From contig MU059781.1 of the NCBI GenBank assembly GCA_013265495.1, positions 2,535,748 to 2,599,747 on the forward strand: a stretch of 64,000 nucleotides of DNA. Reading direction: 5' to 3'. The translations under genes and the position numbers were made by a program. Each line of letters starts with the position of its first letter. Positions within the stretch are counted from its first letter, which is position 1. The notes under the pieces are model-generated. The model was not told where the DNA came from. It saw nothing but the letters and a program-made list of their open reading frames with translations, and made no database searches. Shown here one piece after another: positions 35,976 to 48,860 of this stretch. Source of the DNA: Vicugna vicugna (lineage: Eukaryota).

Positions 35976-37249
35976 AAAGTGCCAAGTGTTTGTAACATAC
36001 ATTTTAAAAGTTAGATTGCCACCCTGATTCCAGAAGGATTTTTATCAAACCGTCACACACTGCTGCGTTTCTGTGTTGATGAAACTTGGGTACCAGCAAT
36101 CAGAAACCTCTTCGTGCATCAACTCTTCTAAGACCGGGGAACTAAGATACCATGAGATGCAGACTTTAAAGTAGTTTTTTTTTAAGTAATATAAATGTAC
36201 AATTAAACAAAGGCAGAATCTGAACTGGCAATATAGGTTAGATAATTTATTCAGATCCTTTTTAACTATCAAAGACAAGGAACGCCTGTGATTTGGGGTG
36301 CCCTTCTAAAAATAAGCTTGGGAAGGAAGAAAAGTATTTTGGTTTTTTGTGGATTTTTTTTCCTCAACCCCTAAATACTTCAAGCTACATAATCATCAAA
36401 AATGATTATGATTGTCCACTTCTGTCTGGGCAGGAAGAAACTTGCCACGTGAGGATGGAAGGCAGGAACATCCTTGGGTCCAAAAGTGTCAAACGCTTTA
36501 TGATCTGTTCCAATACTTTGGGAGAAGAGTTTTATTCATTACAAAAGAAAATGTAGCTTTTCTATTCAGGGACACACCACGAGCCAAACTTCAACTCTGG
36601 GCTGCAGGGTGCACCTGTGAAAACAGACTCTCCCACCTGGACCTGCCAAAGCCTGGAGCATGTGTGGCTGTCACCATCCACCCGCAGACTGTGGGAGGGA
36701 GGGGTGCAGGCAGGCCCGGGGGTGAGACTCTGCCCACAAGACAGGGCGGAGGGTGGCTTCGCTGGCACTTGGAAGTGAGCCTCCAACACACAGTGGTTCT
36801 GACTATAAAAGCTGCGATGTGACACATTGTTTTCCTATCCTTTTATTATTATGTTTTAACTAAACTCTACAGCCACAAAGATTCCAGCCTCAGGAACGCT
36901 ACCTGCCACCTGCAGTGGGAAACCTCTCTAGGATCTGAATGTCATCTGTGCTGGGACACGCCTCTTACGCATTCCCATTTTAAGATGTATAATGAGAAAA
37001 ACAGGAATGTGTGTTTTCTCTAGAGGAGAATCCCAGGAACATAAAACCGAACACATACTCAAAAGAAATGTCTGTTAGACTTTAAGAAATAAAAAGGAAC
37101 AAGAATATTTAAAATTATGAAGAAGGAGGTGGCAGAGTGGTGGGAGGGGAAAGAGAAGAAGAAAAACCTTAAGATTTAAAGCTGGTGTGACGAGATTTTC
37201 TCTCCTCATCAGCAAGAACAAAGTAAATATTAAACAATATTCTTTATTT

Positions 37250-37520
37250 TGTTACACACACCCGCCGTGTCCTCTCCTGGAGGAAGATGACAACAGGCGA
37301 GTGAAGCCTCTGGAACATGGGGCGGTGCTCAGAGCCACGGGGAGAGCAGAGCAGGGAGTGGCCAGCTGCAAACCAGGCAGGCAGCCTGCGCCAGTAACTG
37401 AACCCCGCCGGAAACTTGGTCCTGGACTTTCCAGAGTCCAGAATGGTGAGAAGATGCATTTCTGTTGCTTAAGTCGCCCAGTGGGAGGTGTTTTGTTACG
37501 ACAGCCAGAGCAGACTTGAT
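37250..37520 (+). mobile_element. MLT1 LTR (internally deleted, mainly 3' half)
   Basis: cttggtcctggactttccagagtccagaatggtgagaagatgcatttctgttgcttaagtcgcccagt...gtgttttgttacgacagccagagcagact. Confidence 0.8.
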
Positions 37521-38690
37521 CTGGGCACCGAGGACTGAGGAGCTGCTCTAACCCACACCTGTATATGTGGAAGAGGCTTTGGAACTGGGTAGTGGGCAGA
37601 GGCTGGAGGGGTTCTGAGATGCATATGCAAGGAAGCCTACGTTTCCGTGATGGGACTGTTGGTAGAAATGTGGACGCTGAAGGCAACGCTGGTGTCGGAG
37701 GAAACAGGAGCACTGGAGAGAGTCTCCCTCATCTCAGAGAATACAGAGAGAATGCTGGTGGACATGTGGACACGAAGAGCCGCTCTGGTGAGGTCTCAGA
37801 TGGAAAGGAGGAACGTGCTATTGGACTGGAGGAAAGGCCTTCCTTGGTGTGAAGTGGCAAAGAACTTGGCTGAATTGTGTTCTAACATTTTGTGGCAGGT
37901 AGAACTTGTGAGTGATGGAACCCACCTGAGGAGATGTCTAAGCAAAGTTCTGAAGGCTTGGCATTGGTTGCCCCATACCACTTAGAGTAAACTGCAAGAG
38001 GAGAGAGGGAAACTTCAGCAAAAAAGAATCAGAACTTGAAGATTTGGAAAATTCTCACCCCAGTCATATTGCAAAAAAATGAGATGACACTGGAATTTGA
38101 CACAACATTGTAAAATGATTATAAATCAATAAAAAATGTTAAAAAAAAAGTGAGATGAGCATGTTTTGATGGAAACACTAAGGGTGTGGCTGAAGCACTG
38201 TCTGATGAGGAGATTAGAATGGGTGTGAACCACAAGTATAATCCCCCACCTCAGAAGATGCCAGGAAGAGATGGGATTATCCCAGCAGAAACACTGCCAA
38301 GACCAGGGAGGGAGAAATGACAGATGAAATGAAGGAAGGTCAGACTTCTTGGACCCCACAGGACTGGACAATAGGGCTGAAATGTTCACTATTCTTCAAG
38401 AAAAGAGAAAAATGACCCCCAAAGTGATTCAGAGATCATCATCATCTCGGTGTCAGAGGGTGAGACCAGCACTGGGGTTGGGTTTCAACAGGCTGCGCTG
38501 TCACCACCCAAAGCCCCTGTCAGGGTCACCTGGCAGAGCTTGGGGTAGGGGGTACCCCTACCTAGTGGAGCCAGGGACCACTCCCAAGAGCCATGTGTGC
38601 GGCCAGAAGGCAGAGCATTGAACCAAAGAGGAAAATTCATGAGCCTTAAGATCTAATGGAATTATCCTTGCTAAGTTTTGGACTCATCTG
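37521..38690 (+). mobile_element. MLT1 internal (MaLR-int) segment with gag-like ORF remnants
   Basis: Directly follows the LTR; ORF-track peptide WRKGLPWCEVAKNLAELCSNILWQVELVSD resembles the MaLR internal ORF (W.KG..CY..AK.LA..C...LW..EL..D); aatgtggaagaggctttggaactgggt is typical of MaLR-int. Confidence 0.85.
38088..38149 (+). mobile_element. 62-bp young camelid L1 3' tip with TSD
   Basis: cactggaatttgacacaacattgtaaaatgattataaatcaataaaaaatgttaaaaaaaaa between tgagatga (38080-38087) and tgagatga (38151-38158), each preceded by an A-run. Confidence 0.85.
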
Positions 38691-38699
38691 GGACCCAGA

Positions 38700-39350
38700 G
38701 AGGCCCACAGGGCTCAAGCAGAGTGAGTTAGGGGGACAGTGGTCAGTGACATCAGAAAGGAAACAGGGGTCAGACCACGTGGGGCTTGGAGAGCTCACAG
38801 TTCATTCATGAGTCTGTGGTGAGTTGTTATCTCCCACAGGTGGTGCTGGGGATGTAAAAACATCCTCATGTAAAAACAATGGAATATAAATATAAATAAA
38901 ATCCTCAACATTAACAATCACATAAATAAAGGTAAGTTCTACCAGTGAATAATTTAGCTTACTTAAAGAAAAAGTATAGGGCGCCTTGAGGGCACATAAC
39001 AAGGTCACTCGAGCTGGGGGGGAGGGGACATTGAAAATGTCTCCTTGAGGACGAGACGTCCCAGCTGAGATCTGAGGTGAAGAGGATTTAACCAGGAGGA
39101 CAGGGATGAGGAGGGAGGATTTTGAACAGAGGGGAGGCCCGTGTGAAGGCTCTAAGATGTGTTGGAGACCAGTGGTTCCAGGAGGGGGAAGAGGACCAAC
39201 CGGTGAGCAGAGATTCCCAATCCAAGGGCAGGTGCACAAGTAGAGCAGGAAGGGAGGCAGGGCCAGATCTTACAGAGCCTTGCAAACTACACTTAAAGAT
39301 TCTGAACTTTAGAGCAAGGGGATGTCAGGATGCTTTTAAGTCAGAGATTT
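38700..39350 (-). mobile_element. L2 fragments
   Basis: cagctgagatctgaggtgaagagg...gtgtgaaggctctaag...ggcagggccagatcttacagagccttg. Confidence 0.7.
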
Positions 39351-39399
39351 TTTCCCATGTGCATTTTTAATGGGAAATGGATCACAGCAACAAATGGGA

Positions 39400-40160
39400 A
39401 TCTGCAGAGACCTACTGGGAAGCTCTCGCAGAAAGTCCAGATGAGAGACCCCGGTAGGTGGGCCTGGGGCAGCGGTGATTATATACCACCCGAAGCAGGC
39501 TCAGAGGCGCTGGGCTGAAGCAACAGGCCCCAGACGGGGAACTCACAGCTGTGCTCCCCAGTGTGGAAGGCAGAGCAGGGTAAGGTCACCTCCACTAGGG
39601 AAAGGGATAGAGGAGGAAAAAGAAAAAAGTCTGGTGCCCACTACCGCCTGTGCTGAAGCTTTGAGCAGGTTACAGCGCACCGATTCCTCACCATGACCTG
39701 AGCCAGGCTGCCTGCCTGCTCTGTGACCAGGTCTGTGGTAGCCCCAAATCACCGTGGGACCAAAGCTCTCAGAAACCATTATGAGCCTGACTCTCGGCAG
39801 GGAGACCCAGAGATGAGGTGGAGGAAACCTGAAAACCACTAGAGAGGGGGAGGCAAGACGAAGAGAGAGAGACAAATTCAATGAAACAAAGCCAAAAAAA
39901 TCAACAATCGGAATAAAATTAATGCCAAATTAAGTGCATCTTACGAGACACTAGAGAAATGTGTGTATGTGTATATATATGAATAAATTTCATTTCAAAA
40001 GTACAAGAAATTAGGAGACAAAAACAGTAAAAAATGAAGCACGAACAAATGGATATAAATAACTTAGAATCTTGGAAATGAAAAGGACAGTCATTGGAAT
40101 AATAACAAATAAATGGGACAAACTCTAATCTAGACACAACCAGTGAGAGAAGAAGTGAAA
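39400..40160 (+). mobile_element. Ancient L1 5' region / ORF1 fragment
   Basis: atcttggaaatgaaaaggacagtcattggaata...aatctagacacaaccagtgagagaagaagtgaa resembles the L1 ORF1 coiled coil (ILEMK.TV.EI...RLDT.EERISE). The upstream GC-richer part is tentatively 5' UTR. Confidence 0.6.
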
Positions 40161-40184
40161 AGGAAACGGTCCTGAGGGATGCAA

Positions 40185-41030
40185 AGTCTGTACTCTTTAA
40201 ATCTGTAAAAGGTGGGGGCCTTAAAAAGAGGGAACATCTAAGAAATGGTTCCAGACTTAAGGAGATGGAAGAAATGTGGCAGCTAAATGTGTCACCATGT
40301 GTTTCTGGATGGGATTCTGGGCCAGAAATAAAAATGAGATATTGATGGGACGTTTGGCAAAATGTGAATGGCACCTGTGGACACACAGTAGTGCTGTGAC
40401 AATGTCAATTTCAGTGTTGAGTTGGGAGCTATTTACTGACTATGAAGTACAGTGTTAGGGAAATACATCCAAACATATTTGGGAATATGGTTCAGTCTGC
40501 AGCTCATTCTCAGATGATTCAAAAAAACACAAATGATAATCATTTGGGAGAGTGAGGGGTGAAGGTAGAGAAAATAGGTCAAGGTGGTCAAAAGGGACAA
40601 ACTCTCATTTATAAGATTAATGACTAATGAATAGCATGGTGACTAGTTAACAACATTGGTATATTTGAAAATGGCTAAGAGTAAATCCTAAAAGTTCTCA
40701 TCGTAAGAAAAAAAATGTGTAACTATGTGTGATGACGGATGTTAACTAGACTTATTGTGGTGATCATTTTGCAGTACGTACAAAAAGCAAGTCATTATGT
40801 GGAACACATTAAACTAGTACAATGGTATATGTCAATTACATCTCAAAAAAACTAGAAAAAATCACTAGGTACAAAGAAGGAGGGAGGGAAAGAAGTGGTG
40901 GTTGAGCTTTTGCAGTGAAGTAGTAACAGCTGGGGGTTTGGGTGGAGAAATACAGGAGTTCTTTGTACTGTTCTTGCAACTGCTCTGTAAGTTTTAAATT
41001 ATTTCAAAATAAACTCTTTAAAATATAAAT
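40185..41030 (+). mobile_element. L1MC/ME-like 3' UTR, interrupted by a younger L1
   Basis: ctggatgggattctgggccagaaa...ggcaaaatgtgaat... and ggagttctttgtactgttcttgcaactgctctgtaagttttaaattatttcaaaataaa. Confidence 0.75.
40545..40860 (+). mobile_element. L1MA-like 3' end
   Basis: gcatggtgactagttaac...gctaagagtaaatcctaaaagttctcatc...gtaactatgtgtgatgacggatgttaactagacttattgtggtgatcattttgca. Confidence 0.85.
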
Positions 41031-41034
41031 ATAG

Positions 41035-41283
41035 CAAAGAGGGGAGGGATAAATTAGGAGTTTGGGATGTGCAGGTACAAACTACTATGTACAAAATAGA
41101 TAAGAAACCACGTCGTACTGTATAGCACAGGAAACTAAATTCAATATCCTGTAATAATATATAGTGAAAAAGAATATGAAAAAGAATACATCTATATAGA
41201 TGTATCACTGAATCACTATGCTGTACACCAGAAACTAACACAACATTGTAAATCAACTATACTTCAATAAAGTAAATAAAATT
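41035..41283 (+). mobile_element. Artiodactyl-type L1 3' tail with perfect 14-bp TSD
   Basis: gggagggataaattaggagtttggga...tgtatagcacaggaaact...gctgtacaccagaaactaacacaacattgtaaatcaactatacttcaataaa; aaatataaatatag at 41021-41034 and 41284-41297. Confidence 0.93.
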
Positions 41284-43064
41284 AAATATAAATATAGAGA
41301 TTTCATTATATTTGGTAACAGCCTCAAGCAAACGTATCAAATTAACATGTTGTACACCTTACACAATGTTATATGTCAATTATACTTCAATGGAGAAAAA
41401 AAATGTGGGAAACGGCCTTATTGCTCTAGGTTATTCACTTTTCCCTATATCCATGCCTTCTGATGTGTGACATTGTGGCTGTCTCGGGGTTTTGTTTACG
41501 GGGAGGTGGGTTTTTTTGTTTTGTTTTGGTTTGGTTTGGTTTTTTTTTTTTTTTTTTTGCTGTTTTAAAAATATATAGTGTTGTTTTAAATTAGTAATAA
41601 TAATAACAGTGAACTTTAATAAGGGCTTACTATATGGAGGAAGTGCTCATTTGACGAACTTTTCTTACAGGGTTTGTCAGGAGAACTTACAGGGTTTGTA
41701 AGTGTGGAGAGTTCTACATCGCAAAAGCAGGATACTGTTTAAAGTATTTGATATCCTATGTGTGGTGTATATAGTTAGGTCTGTTGAACTTTGTTATTGT
41801 TTTTCTTTCTGTGGCAACAAATGTAGATGCCACATTTCGAGAGTGACATGGGTAGATGGGAGTGCTTCCTGAGGAAGTGACAGGGATGGCCAGGGTATGG
41901 GAAACCCCGGGTAGGGATCAGGGAAAGGAAGCGAAGGTGTTTACACTAGAAGGAGACGGCTTCAAGGAAACATAGAACTGCTTTCAAATCCAACCAGACA
42001 GTGTGTGGAAAAGGGATTGCATTGATTTTGAGCAGTTTAAAAGGACAAATTATAGCCAATAAATGAAATGCATGTGACAGAAGATTTTGGACCAAAAGAA
42101 AAAAAAAAAGGAAAATGCACCAACAACTCAGGTTATCTAACACAAAGGGGGCTGCTGCGCTGTGGACCAATGGCTCCTATTCCTGGAGGTCCATGGATGT
42201 CCGCGCTTTGGAGAAAAATTCCTCAATTAAGTTAAAAATTATACCAAATGATATCAAAAGACTATTCCAAATCTCAGCTATTTGATGACACCTTCAAAAT
42301 TACAGTCACTTTGATTCACTACCCCTGCAGTTGGATATTGAAATATTTACTTCATATATAAATCTCAGAAATGCACCTGTGGGGAGGTCAGTCTGCATAT
42401 AAGTGATATTTAGAAACTTCAAATACACACCAGACTGAGTGAGGGTGAGAGACCATCACTGAATCAACGACTCATCATTTGGGAAAGAACAGACCTTCTC
42501 AAAGAAATAGCAGAACAATATTTAAAGTCTGCAAAATAAATGTGTATTAGGCCACGTACTTATTTCTTGTGCATCCGCATTACGTTTAAAATCACCTTAT
42601 CCATTTTGACTTGGTTCTGTCCTCCGTTCTGTCCCCTACTGAGAATTTAAGAAATCTCACAGAAAAGGTCCTTTGAAGCGGGGGTGTGCTGCTCAGGCAA
42701 GAGGGCCCCCGTCCTCCGCCCCAGGACCCAGGCAGGGGTCTGAAGCCAGCCCTCCAGGGAATAACAATCCTGCTTCTGCTCTGAGGTTCAGGGTCTCCTC
42801 CCACACCCGCGCTCTCCAGGGAGGCAGACGTGACCTATTCAGAGTAAGGAAGAAAGACTCAAAGGACTCAAGTGTGCCAAGAAGGATCTTTTTTTTCTTT
42901 CCGAGTCAGCAACAGTTTGAATGCTTTAGCTGAGCTCATTGGAATGGCCTTCAGGATGGGGGCGAGGGGGAGGGGAAGAGAGGGGGAGGGCGCAGCTGGA
43001 AAGAGGTAGCATGCGAGGTCCCTGGTGGGGCTGCCTTTGATTAGGGTGGTGGTCATCCGAATAG

Positions 43065-43340
43065 GCATGGGAGATAAAATTGCATAGAACTATATATATG
43101 GGCGTGCACACTCACACACACACACAAATACACGTGTAAAAACTGCTGAAAGCTGACTAGAACCTGTAGCCTGCTTAACAGTTTTGTACCAATGTCAATT
43201 GCCTGGTTTTGATACTGCACTAAAGACAGAGGAGATGACGGCACTGGGGGAAGCTGGGGGAAGGTTAAAGAGGACTCTGTACTATTTACGCTACTTCTTG
43301 TGAGCCTATAATCATTTCAAAATAAAAAGTACAAAATAAA
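43065..43340 (+). mobile_element. L1MC-like 3' end
   Basis: gtaccaatgtcaattgcctggttttgatactg...cactgggggaagctggggga...gactctgtactattt...cttcttgtgagcctataatcatttcaaaataaaaag. Confidence 0.8.
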
Positions 43341-45989
43341 AGGAAGGAGAAGGAGGATGGCCCTTCGTTCACTTGCCTCAAAGCTATGAATAAAGAAGGA
43401 AATAGGAAAAGAGGGAAAGAAGGGGAACCCCACAGGAGCTGGACCGCCTGCTTCCTGGATCCCTGAGGTACACAAAGTCCCTAACAAGGCTTCCTTCTCC
43501 AGTCTTGCCTCCCTCGACTCCATCTTTTTCTTGGCCAATGGATATGCTTTTAAAAAATTTGACCAGGTCTCTCTCAAGCTTGCCCATCACTAACAGGGCA
43601 CTTTGCCCTCCTGCTCTCCCCACCCCGTGGACCTGGCCGTCCAGGGCTGCCTGCACACTCCTTGCCTTCTAACATCTCCGCTCAGGCTCAGGCTGATGCC
43701 ATGGCTAGGTATATGCCCCTCCCCTCATCCTTCACCAACTCTCCCTCCTCTTCCCAGTTATCAACTCAGTAACCGAGACTCCAAGGCGTCTCTCCTCCCC
43801 TGACCCAGGGCTGAAGGAAGCCCGCCTCCTCGGTGCTCTGCTTGCTCCTGGCCAGGGATGCTCAGCTCTGTCTGGGCACCTTCTGCTCAGAACAGAGGCC
43901 CAAACAGTCAGAACAGATAAAGAAGAAAAGGGATGGACAGCGGGGTGAGGGCAGGGAGAAGCGCTCCGGGTTATTTCCCTGGTGGGCTTCGTGTAGTAAG
44001 CGTAAGTAAGGACGGGAGGGCTTAAATAAGAGAAGCTGGTGGAAAAGCAAAGTTTTTACAAGCAGCCATCTTTGGGCCCCGTTTGTGATCCTAGGGCTAA
44101 TAAAAAATTTTAAATCATCCTGATAAAGACTCTGGAAGACCACCGTGTGACAAGTTCAGCAGGCAGAATATGCCTTACAGCAAGTCAGCGGGGATGTGCT
44201 CACAAGCCCCAGGGGACAGCCCCACACAGGAAGGGAGGGACATGTCCCCATAGAAGGGGCGTGAGGTGCACCTGAGGACTGTTGTCCCCGGAGAGTCCGG
44301 AAGGCCTCCGTGTGGGTCCTGTCAGAGGCTCACTGACTCAGAGAACATCAGATCTTAATGATTCCAGCCCCGTCGTTTTATAAATGAGGACTCCGAGGCC
44401 TGAAAAAGTGATGTGCTATCCAAAGCTTCAGAACCAGCAGCTTGCTTTGGGGGTGGGGGGTCATCTCCCCAAATTTAAAGCATCACTTTGCTCTAACTAA
44501 CCTTCCTGACCCTGAGCAGAGGGGCTGCCGTGGCCGCCCCCTCCCACAAGTGGCCCGTCAGTGGCCTGTCCCACCGGTCACAAAGGCATTGCAAACAACC
44601 AGAGAGAGGGAGTTACTGAGAGCAACACTCAAACTTCACTTTTTTTTTTAAGCAAAATGAAAACAAATAAATAACCCAGAGTCTTTGTGACTAACAATTC
44701 CTAGCACAACTGCATAAGGTATTTGTAGAGAACCATTCACAGAACCCTTTGGAAAGTTTTGGAGTGTTTTCCTAGAGGCCCACACGCTACCCGGAGCCCA
44801 CTGTGAGCTTGAAAGGCTTTGCCCTGACACTTTCCACTTCCTGCTCATCCTCCTGTTACCAGGATGTTGGGGGGGGGTGCAGTGCGGAGGATGAGAGAAA
44901 CTTCCTGCGGCCGCGGAGCTGAGCCCAGGCTGACCCGAGCTGGAGGAGGCTCTGTCCAGCGGAGCCAGCGAGGAGGAAATCTTGTTTCCTCTTAAGTCAC
45001 CCAAGAGGTGGCACAGAGGGATGTGTAGGAAGTCAGTTAATTGTTGCTCAAGTCACAGTCTGTTTCTGAAACATGAGAATCGTGGCTCTGATTATCTCAG
45101 AGCCGAGAGAGAGGAGGGAACTGAAGGAAAAGTTTCCTCCGTCACTTGGAGAAGCAGCGGCACTGGCTGAAGAGTGGCCATTGGCTCGAGAAGGTCACAT
45201 GCTGTTCTCGGCCACCAGAGCCAGACCCCAGGCACTGCGAGTGCGTCACCCTCCGGTAACCAAAGGCCAGTGGGCGCCGCACTTAGCTCTATGCCAAAAG
45301 CAGGCAGGAAAAAAAGTCTAGTTTTGAAAGCTTCTTCTCGATAGTTCAAACAGGACCATTCACATGCTTGGGAGGGGGCCCAGGGAAGGAAGACATTTGG
45401 GAACCATTGTTAGCTGGAGAAAAAAACACTCACACTGTAAACATGTATAAACGGCCTGGGTAACTTAGTTGCCTAAGATCCTGTTGAGAACTTTTACTCA
45501 TTACTCTTGTTATTGTTACTATCGGAGACATCCCCTCCTACACATCCTTCCTTGCTCCTGGCAGGAGACATGTCTTGATCAAAAGCAACGAGTACTCACT
45601 CTCCCTTCCAGTGATGAAGGATGGGGCTGGCTGGGATGATGGGGAAATACACCGTCAGAGCAGTTTTCTACCATTAGTAAGGAATGGGGGTTTTGATGGG
45701 CATTAGTCAAGCAAAAAAATGTAATCCAAATAGTGACTTCTGAAAAGGAGATACACGTCCCATGATTTCAAAAGCTATGAAGAGCAATTTAGGAATACCT
45801 CTCAGAAAGGGGACCCTGACAGCAAGCTTCCTATCAAACCCGCAGAGACGGGATACCATCACGGCCAGGGACTCAGTGGTCTCAGGTAGGGATTTACATC
45901 AAAGAAGCCTTAATATAAATATGGCAGTCTGAAACAGGGCTGCATTTTTTCTCATTAATTAAGGGCTTGGTCCAACCTTATTTTGCCAG

Positions 45990-46215
45990 CAATGAACATC
46001 TGACATCAAATGTGGAAGTTCATCCCTTAAGGTCTAAGTCCAGATGCCACATCTTCCTGGAAGCCCTCCTGGATTCCCCAATCAAAATAATCATCCTTTC
46101 TTCATGGTCCCACAACACCTTCCTCCCACCTCTACCTCATTTCCTCTGCTTTGCACAAGAGTTCCTTGAACACACAGCGTCTCCTTCCCTAAACTGTAAG
46201 CACTTCAGGGAAGCG
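45990..46215 (+). mobile_element. L2 3' fragment
   Basis: cttaaggtctaagtccagatgccacatcttcctggaagccctcctggattcccc...ctaaactgtaagcactt. Confidence 0.65.
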
Positions 46216-46219
46216 AGGC

Positions 46220-46375
46220 AGTCCAAAGGACTTTGGAGTCACACGAAATTAAATCCCAGCTCTGCTTGGTATGAGCTCTGAAACCTTAAGCAAATTCTTT
46301 ACCCCACCTAAGGCTCAGTTTCATCATCTGTAAAGAGACATCATAATATTACCTACCTCGCATTTATTTTCAACA
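46220..46375 (+). mobile_element. MIR SINE
   Basis: ggactttggagtcacacg...aatcccagctctgc...ccttaagcaaattcttt...ggctcagtttcatcatctgtaaa. Confidence 0.75.
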
Positions 46376-47334
46376 CCTATGTGTATGCTGCACACAAGTT
46401 TAAAACAAAAACAAAGCAATAAACAAGAGGCAAAGGCTCCTCTCACCAGGAGCCTTCACTCCAGGGGAAGTACTGTAAGGGGCGGTCGGATCAGGCCTAA
46501 AGCGAGCTTCGCTGGCACAAAATCAGCTCTAATTAAATGTTCACGTAATGGACTATTTAATCCAAAACAAAAACGAAAACAAAAACAAACCTCAGTCAAT
46601 GAGTGAAAGGTGTAAGAATCGTGGACAAGCCTTCCAAGGTGGAAAGCACGGCCTTAATTCTCCAAATGCTTTGAAAATATTTATCCACGTCTGGGAGTCT
46701 ATCCTAAGGAAATAACCTTTTTGGAGGGGATTACTACTCACTTCCTAAAGACTGGAAATTCAAAAAAATGAAGATTGTACTCTGAGATTTAAATATAAAA
46801 ATCACACCCATAACAAGGAAAGGAATACTTGTATCATGGTCTTCAATGTTGGTTAGAAATTCTCTCTTTCACTCTGAAGCCCAGGGTCTGGGTGGGTGCA
46901 CAGTATTTCTGATTTAGTGTTTTCTGAGGTGAGTGCTGGAACCAAGATGTTAGAAAATGCCCTTCCATCACCTGCTCTTCTTTGCAAGAGAAAAGAAGTT
47001 GGGGCATTTCAACATTTGGCATGGCCTTCCACCTCACCCCTGACTCTCCCATGGGGAGCCCCCCATTCTCATCGACAGACCACCTGTCATTAGCGGTTCC
47101 CCCTTCTCACTGAAGCAGCAGCCAGGGTTTGGAAAGCTGCCTTCCTTCCCTCTGACCCACCTCCTTTTCTGGTGCCAACTTCCCCTCAGAGGAGACTTAC
47201 AAGGAATTGTTTGTGTAGGGAGTGGCTCAGCCTCCCTCTCAGTCCCCGCTACCACCCCGTCCTTCCCAGCAGCTGGCTTTGTTGCTGCAACAAATGGGAA
47301 CTCTTTCCTAATGTGGCACAGAGGTGTCTGTAGG

Positions 47335-47410
47335 CAGCCAGCCCTGGGACACCGCTGGCCACAGCTGGCTACATGTGGCTTTAGAACTTGTTTGTGCTCC
47401 AGGGTGACTA
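47335..47410. mobile_element. Possible MER3/MER33 (hAT-Charlie) fragment
   Basis: gctggccacagctggctacatgtggctttagaacttg resembles MER3 tagccacatgtggctatt; short and diverged. Confidence 0.35.
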
Positions 47411-47864
47411 ATACTTACCTACCTCGCTCCTACTCATCTGGCACTTGGAACACAATGCACCAGCTCCCCAGCCGCTGCCCAGTCATTCACAGGCGAGGCA
47501 GAGGGACTGGCTTTGGGTGGGACTGGAAGGCAGGGCCCCAGGGGCCCCCGGGACTGGGAGATGCTGGGGCAGCTTCTTCTCTGGAGAGTTTCTGCTCTTT
47601 CCACTGATTGGAAGCTAGTGGGTGGTCTGGGTAAAAAGCAGGGAACACACTCAGAAGCCTTTGACGTTCTCCTCCAGTTGAACAAGTCTTTCTTTACAAA
47701 ATAATTTCACATTTAAATAAAGAAAGCTAGGTTGAATTTAGTCAAGGACTTAGAGTGACAGGCGTTAGGACTGAAAGAACTGAAAAGCAAGCAAGCGAGT
47801 AAGTGAGTGAATGAACGAATGGACTGATGAGGAAACACAGAGGAACAGGGGAGGCAAGGAGTCA

Positions 47865-48860
47865 TGTATTCTAGGAATTTACCCAACGGTACCCTCCATC
47901 CATGTACGATGACTAATGAACAGATAAAATAAATTACGGTACATCCCTGTCATGGAATACAATACTATGCGGCTGTCTGAAAAACGAGATGTCAATATAC
48001 ATATGGGTATGAAAATGGCTACAATCCACTTTGTATGAAGAAGACAAAAGGTAGGAACAGAGCAGCACAGATACTATTTATGTGAATAAAATTGTTTTAA
48101 ATATGGTTATAACTACATAGACTATCTCTGGAAGGACACAGCCTAGTCACAGTGGCCATGTGTGAAAGGAGAAAAAGACGGCTGGGGCCAGGGGTAGATG
48201 GACACTTCCTCCTCCAGTGAGTATCTTTTGAGTTTTACAACCTGTACATATATTATCTATTCCAAAATACTCGTATATTTTTATTAATAAAAAATAAAAT
48301 TAAAAGCATAAGGTAGATTTCTGTCTGTAGAAATGATCATATCAATATTAAAAATGAGAAAATAAGTCCCACAAAATATATACAGTATGAAACCATTTAT
48401 GTTTTAAAAACTACTCTGCATGTGCGTGTGTAACATGCTAAGAAAATATTGGGAGGGAAACGGTGAGGGATTTACACATTTTATTCTGTATATTTCTATA
48501 TTATTTCAAGGTGTTATAACCTATGATTATTTAGTAATTAAAATAGAAATTAAAAAAAAAGAAATCGCTCTATACATACTGATCAGTTTTTACCTCTGAG
48601 ATACAGTGTTAGCTAAAAAAGAGACAAAAAGTTATGTATATAATGCAGTATCTGTGCAGGAAATTTGCAGATGACTGCATGGAGATCTCTGAAAGGACCT
48701 ATGTGGAACTGGCACCAAAGGTTCCCTCTGGGGATGGATCAACGGGGAAATTTCATTCCATGGTGTGTAAGTTGCAATTTGGTAGTTTTGTGCCATATGT
48801 ACCCACTACCTAGTCAATATTTTAAATTATTTTTATTTTTAAATATAGCTCTTCCTTCTT
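47865..48860 (+). mobile_element. L1ME-like 3' fragments
   Basis: tctaggaattta...ggtacatcc...atggaatac...atactatgcggct...agactatctctggaaggacac; several decayed A-rich tails. Confidence 0.65.

Noticed and set aside
5405-36815. Exact 16-mer cagctgtataacaacc (5405, 18155) and 15-mer gactataaaagctgc (20298, 36801)
   Set aside because: About one or two matches of this length are expected by chance in 64 kb, and the flanks do not extend.
41664-41699. 14-bp local direct repeat cttacagggtttgt
   Set aside because: Ordinary short tandem duplication.
27608-44250. p53 half-sites (GGGCATGTCC near 27608-27615, GGACATGTCC near 44237)
   Set aside because: Single half-sites without an adjacent partner; common by chance.
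24798-47626. Isolated minus-strand exon-like units (24866-24798, 39594-39547, 47626-47419)
   Set aside because: Each has plausible splice sites, but their pyrimidine tracts derive from microsatellite or L1 sequence or they contain stops. Similar units are found on both strands, showing how easily they arise by chance.
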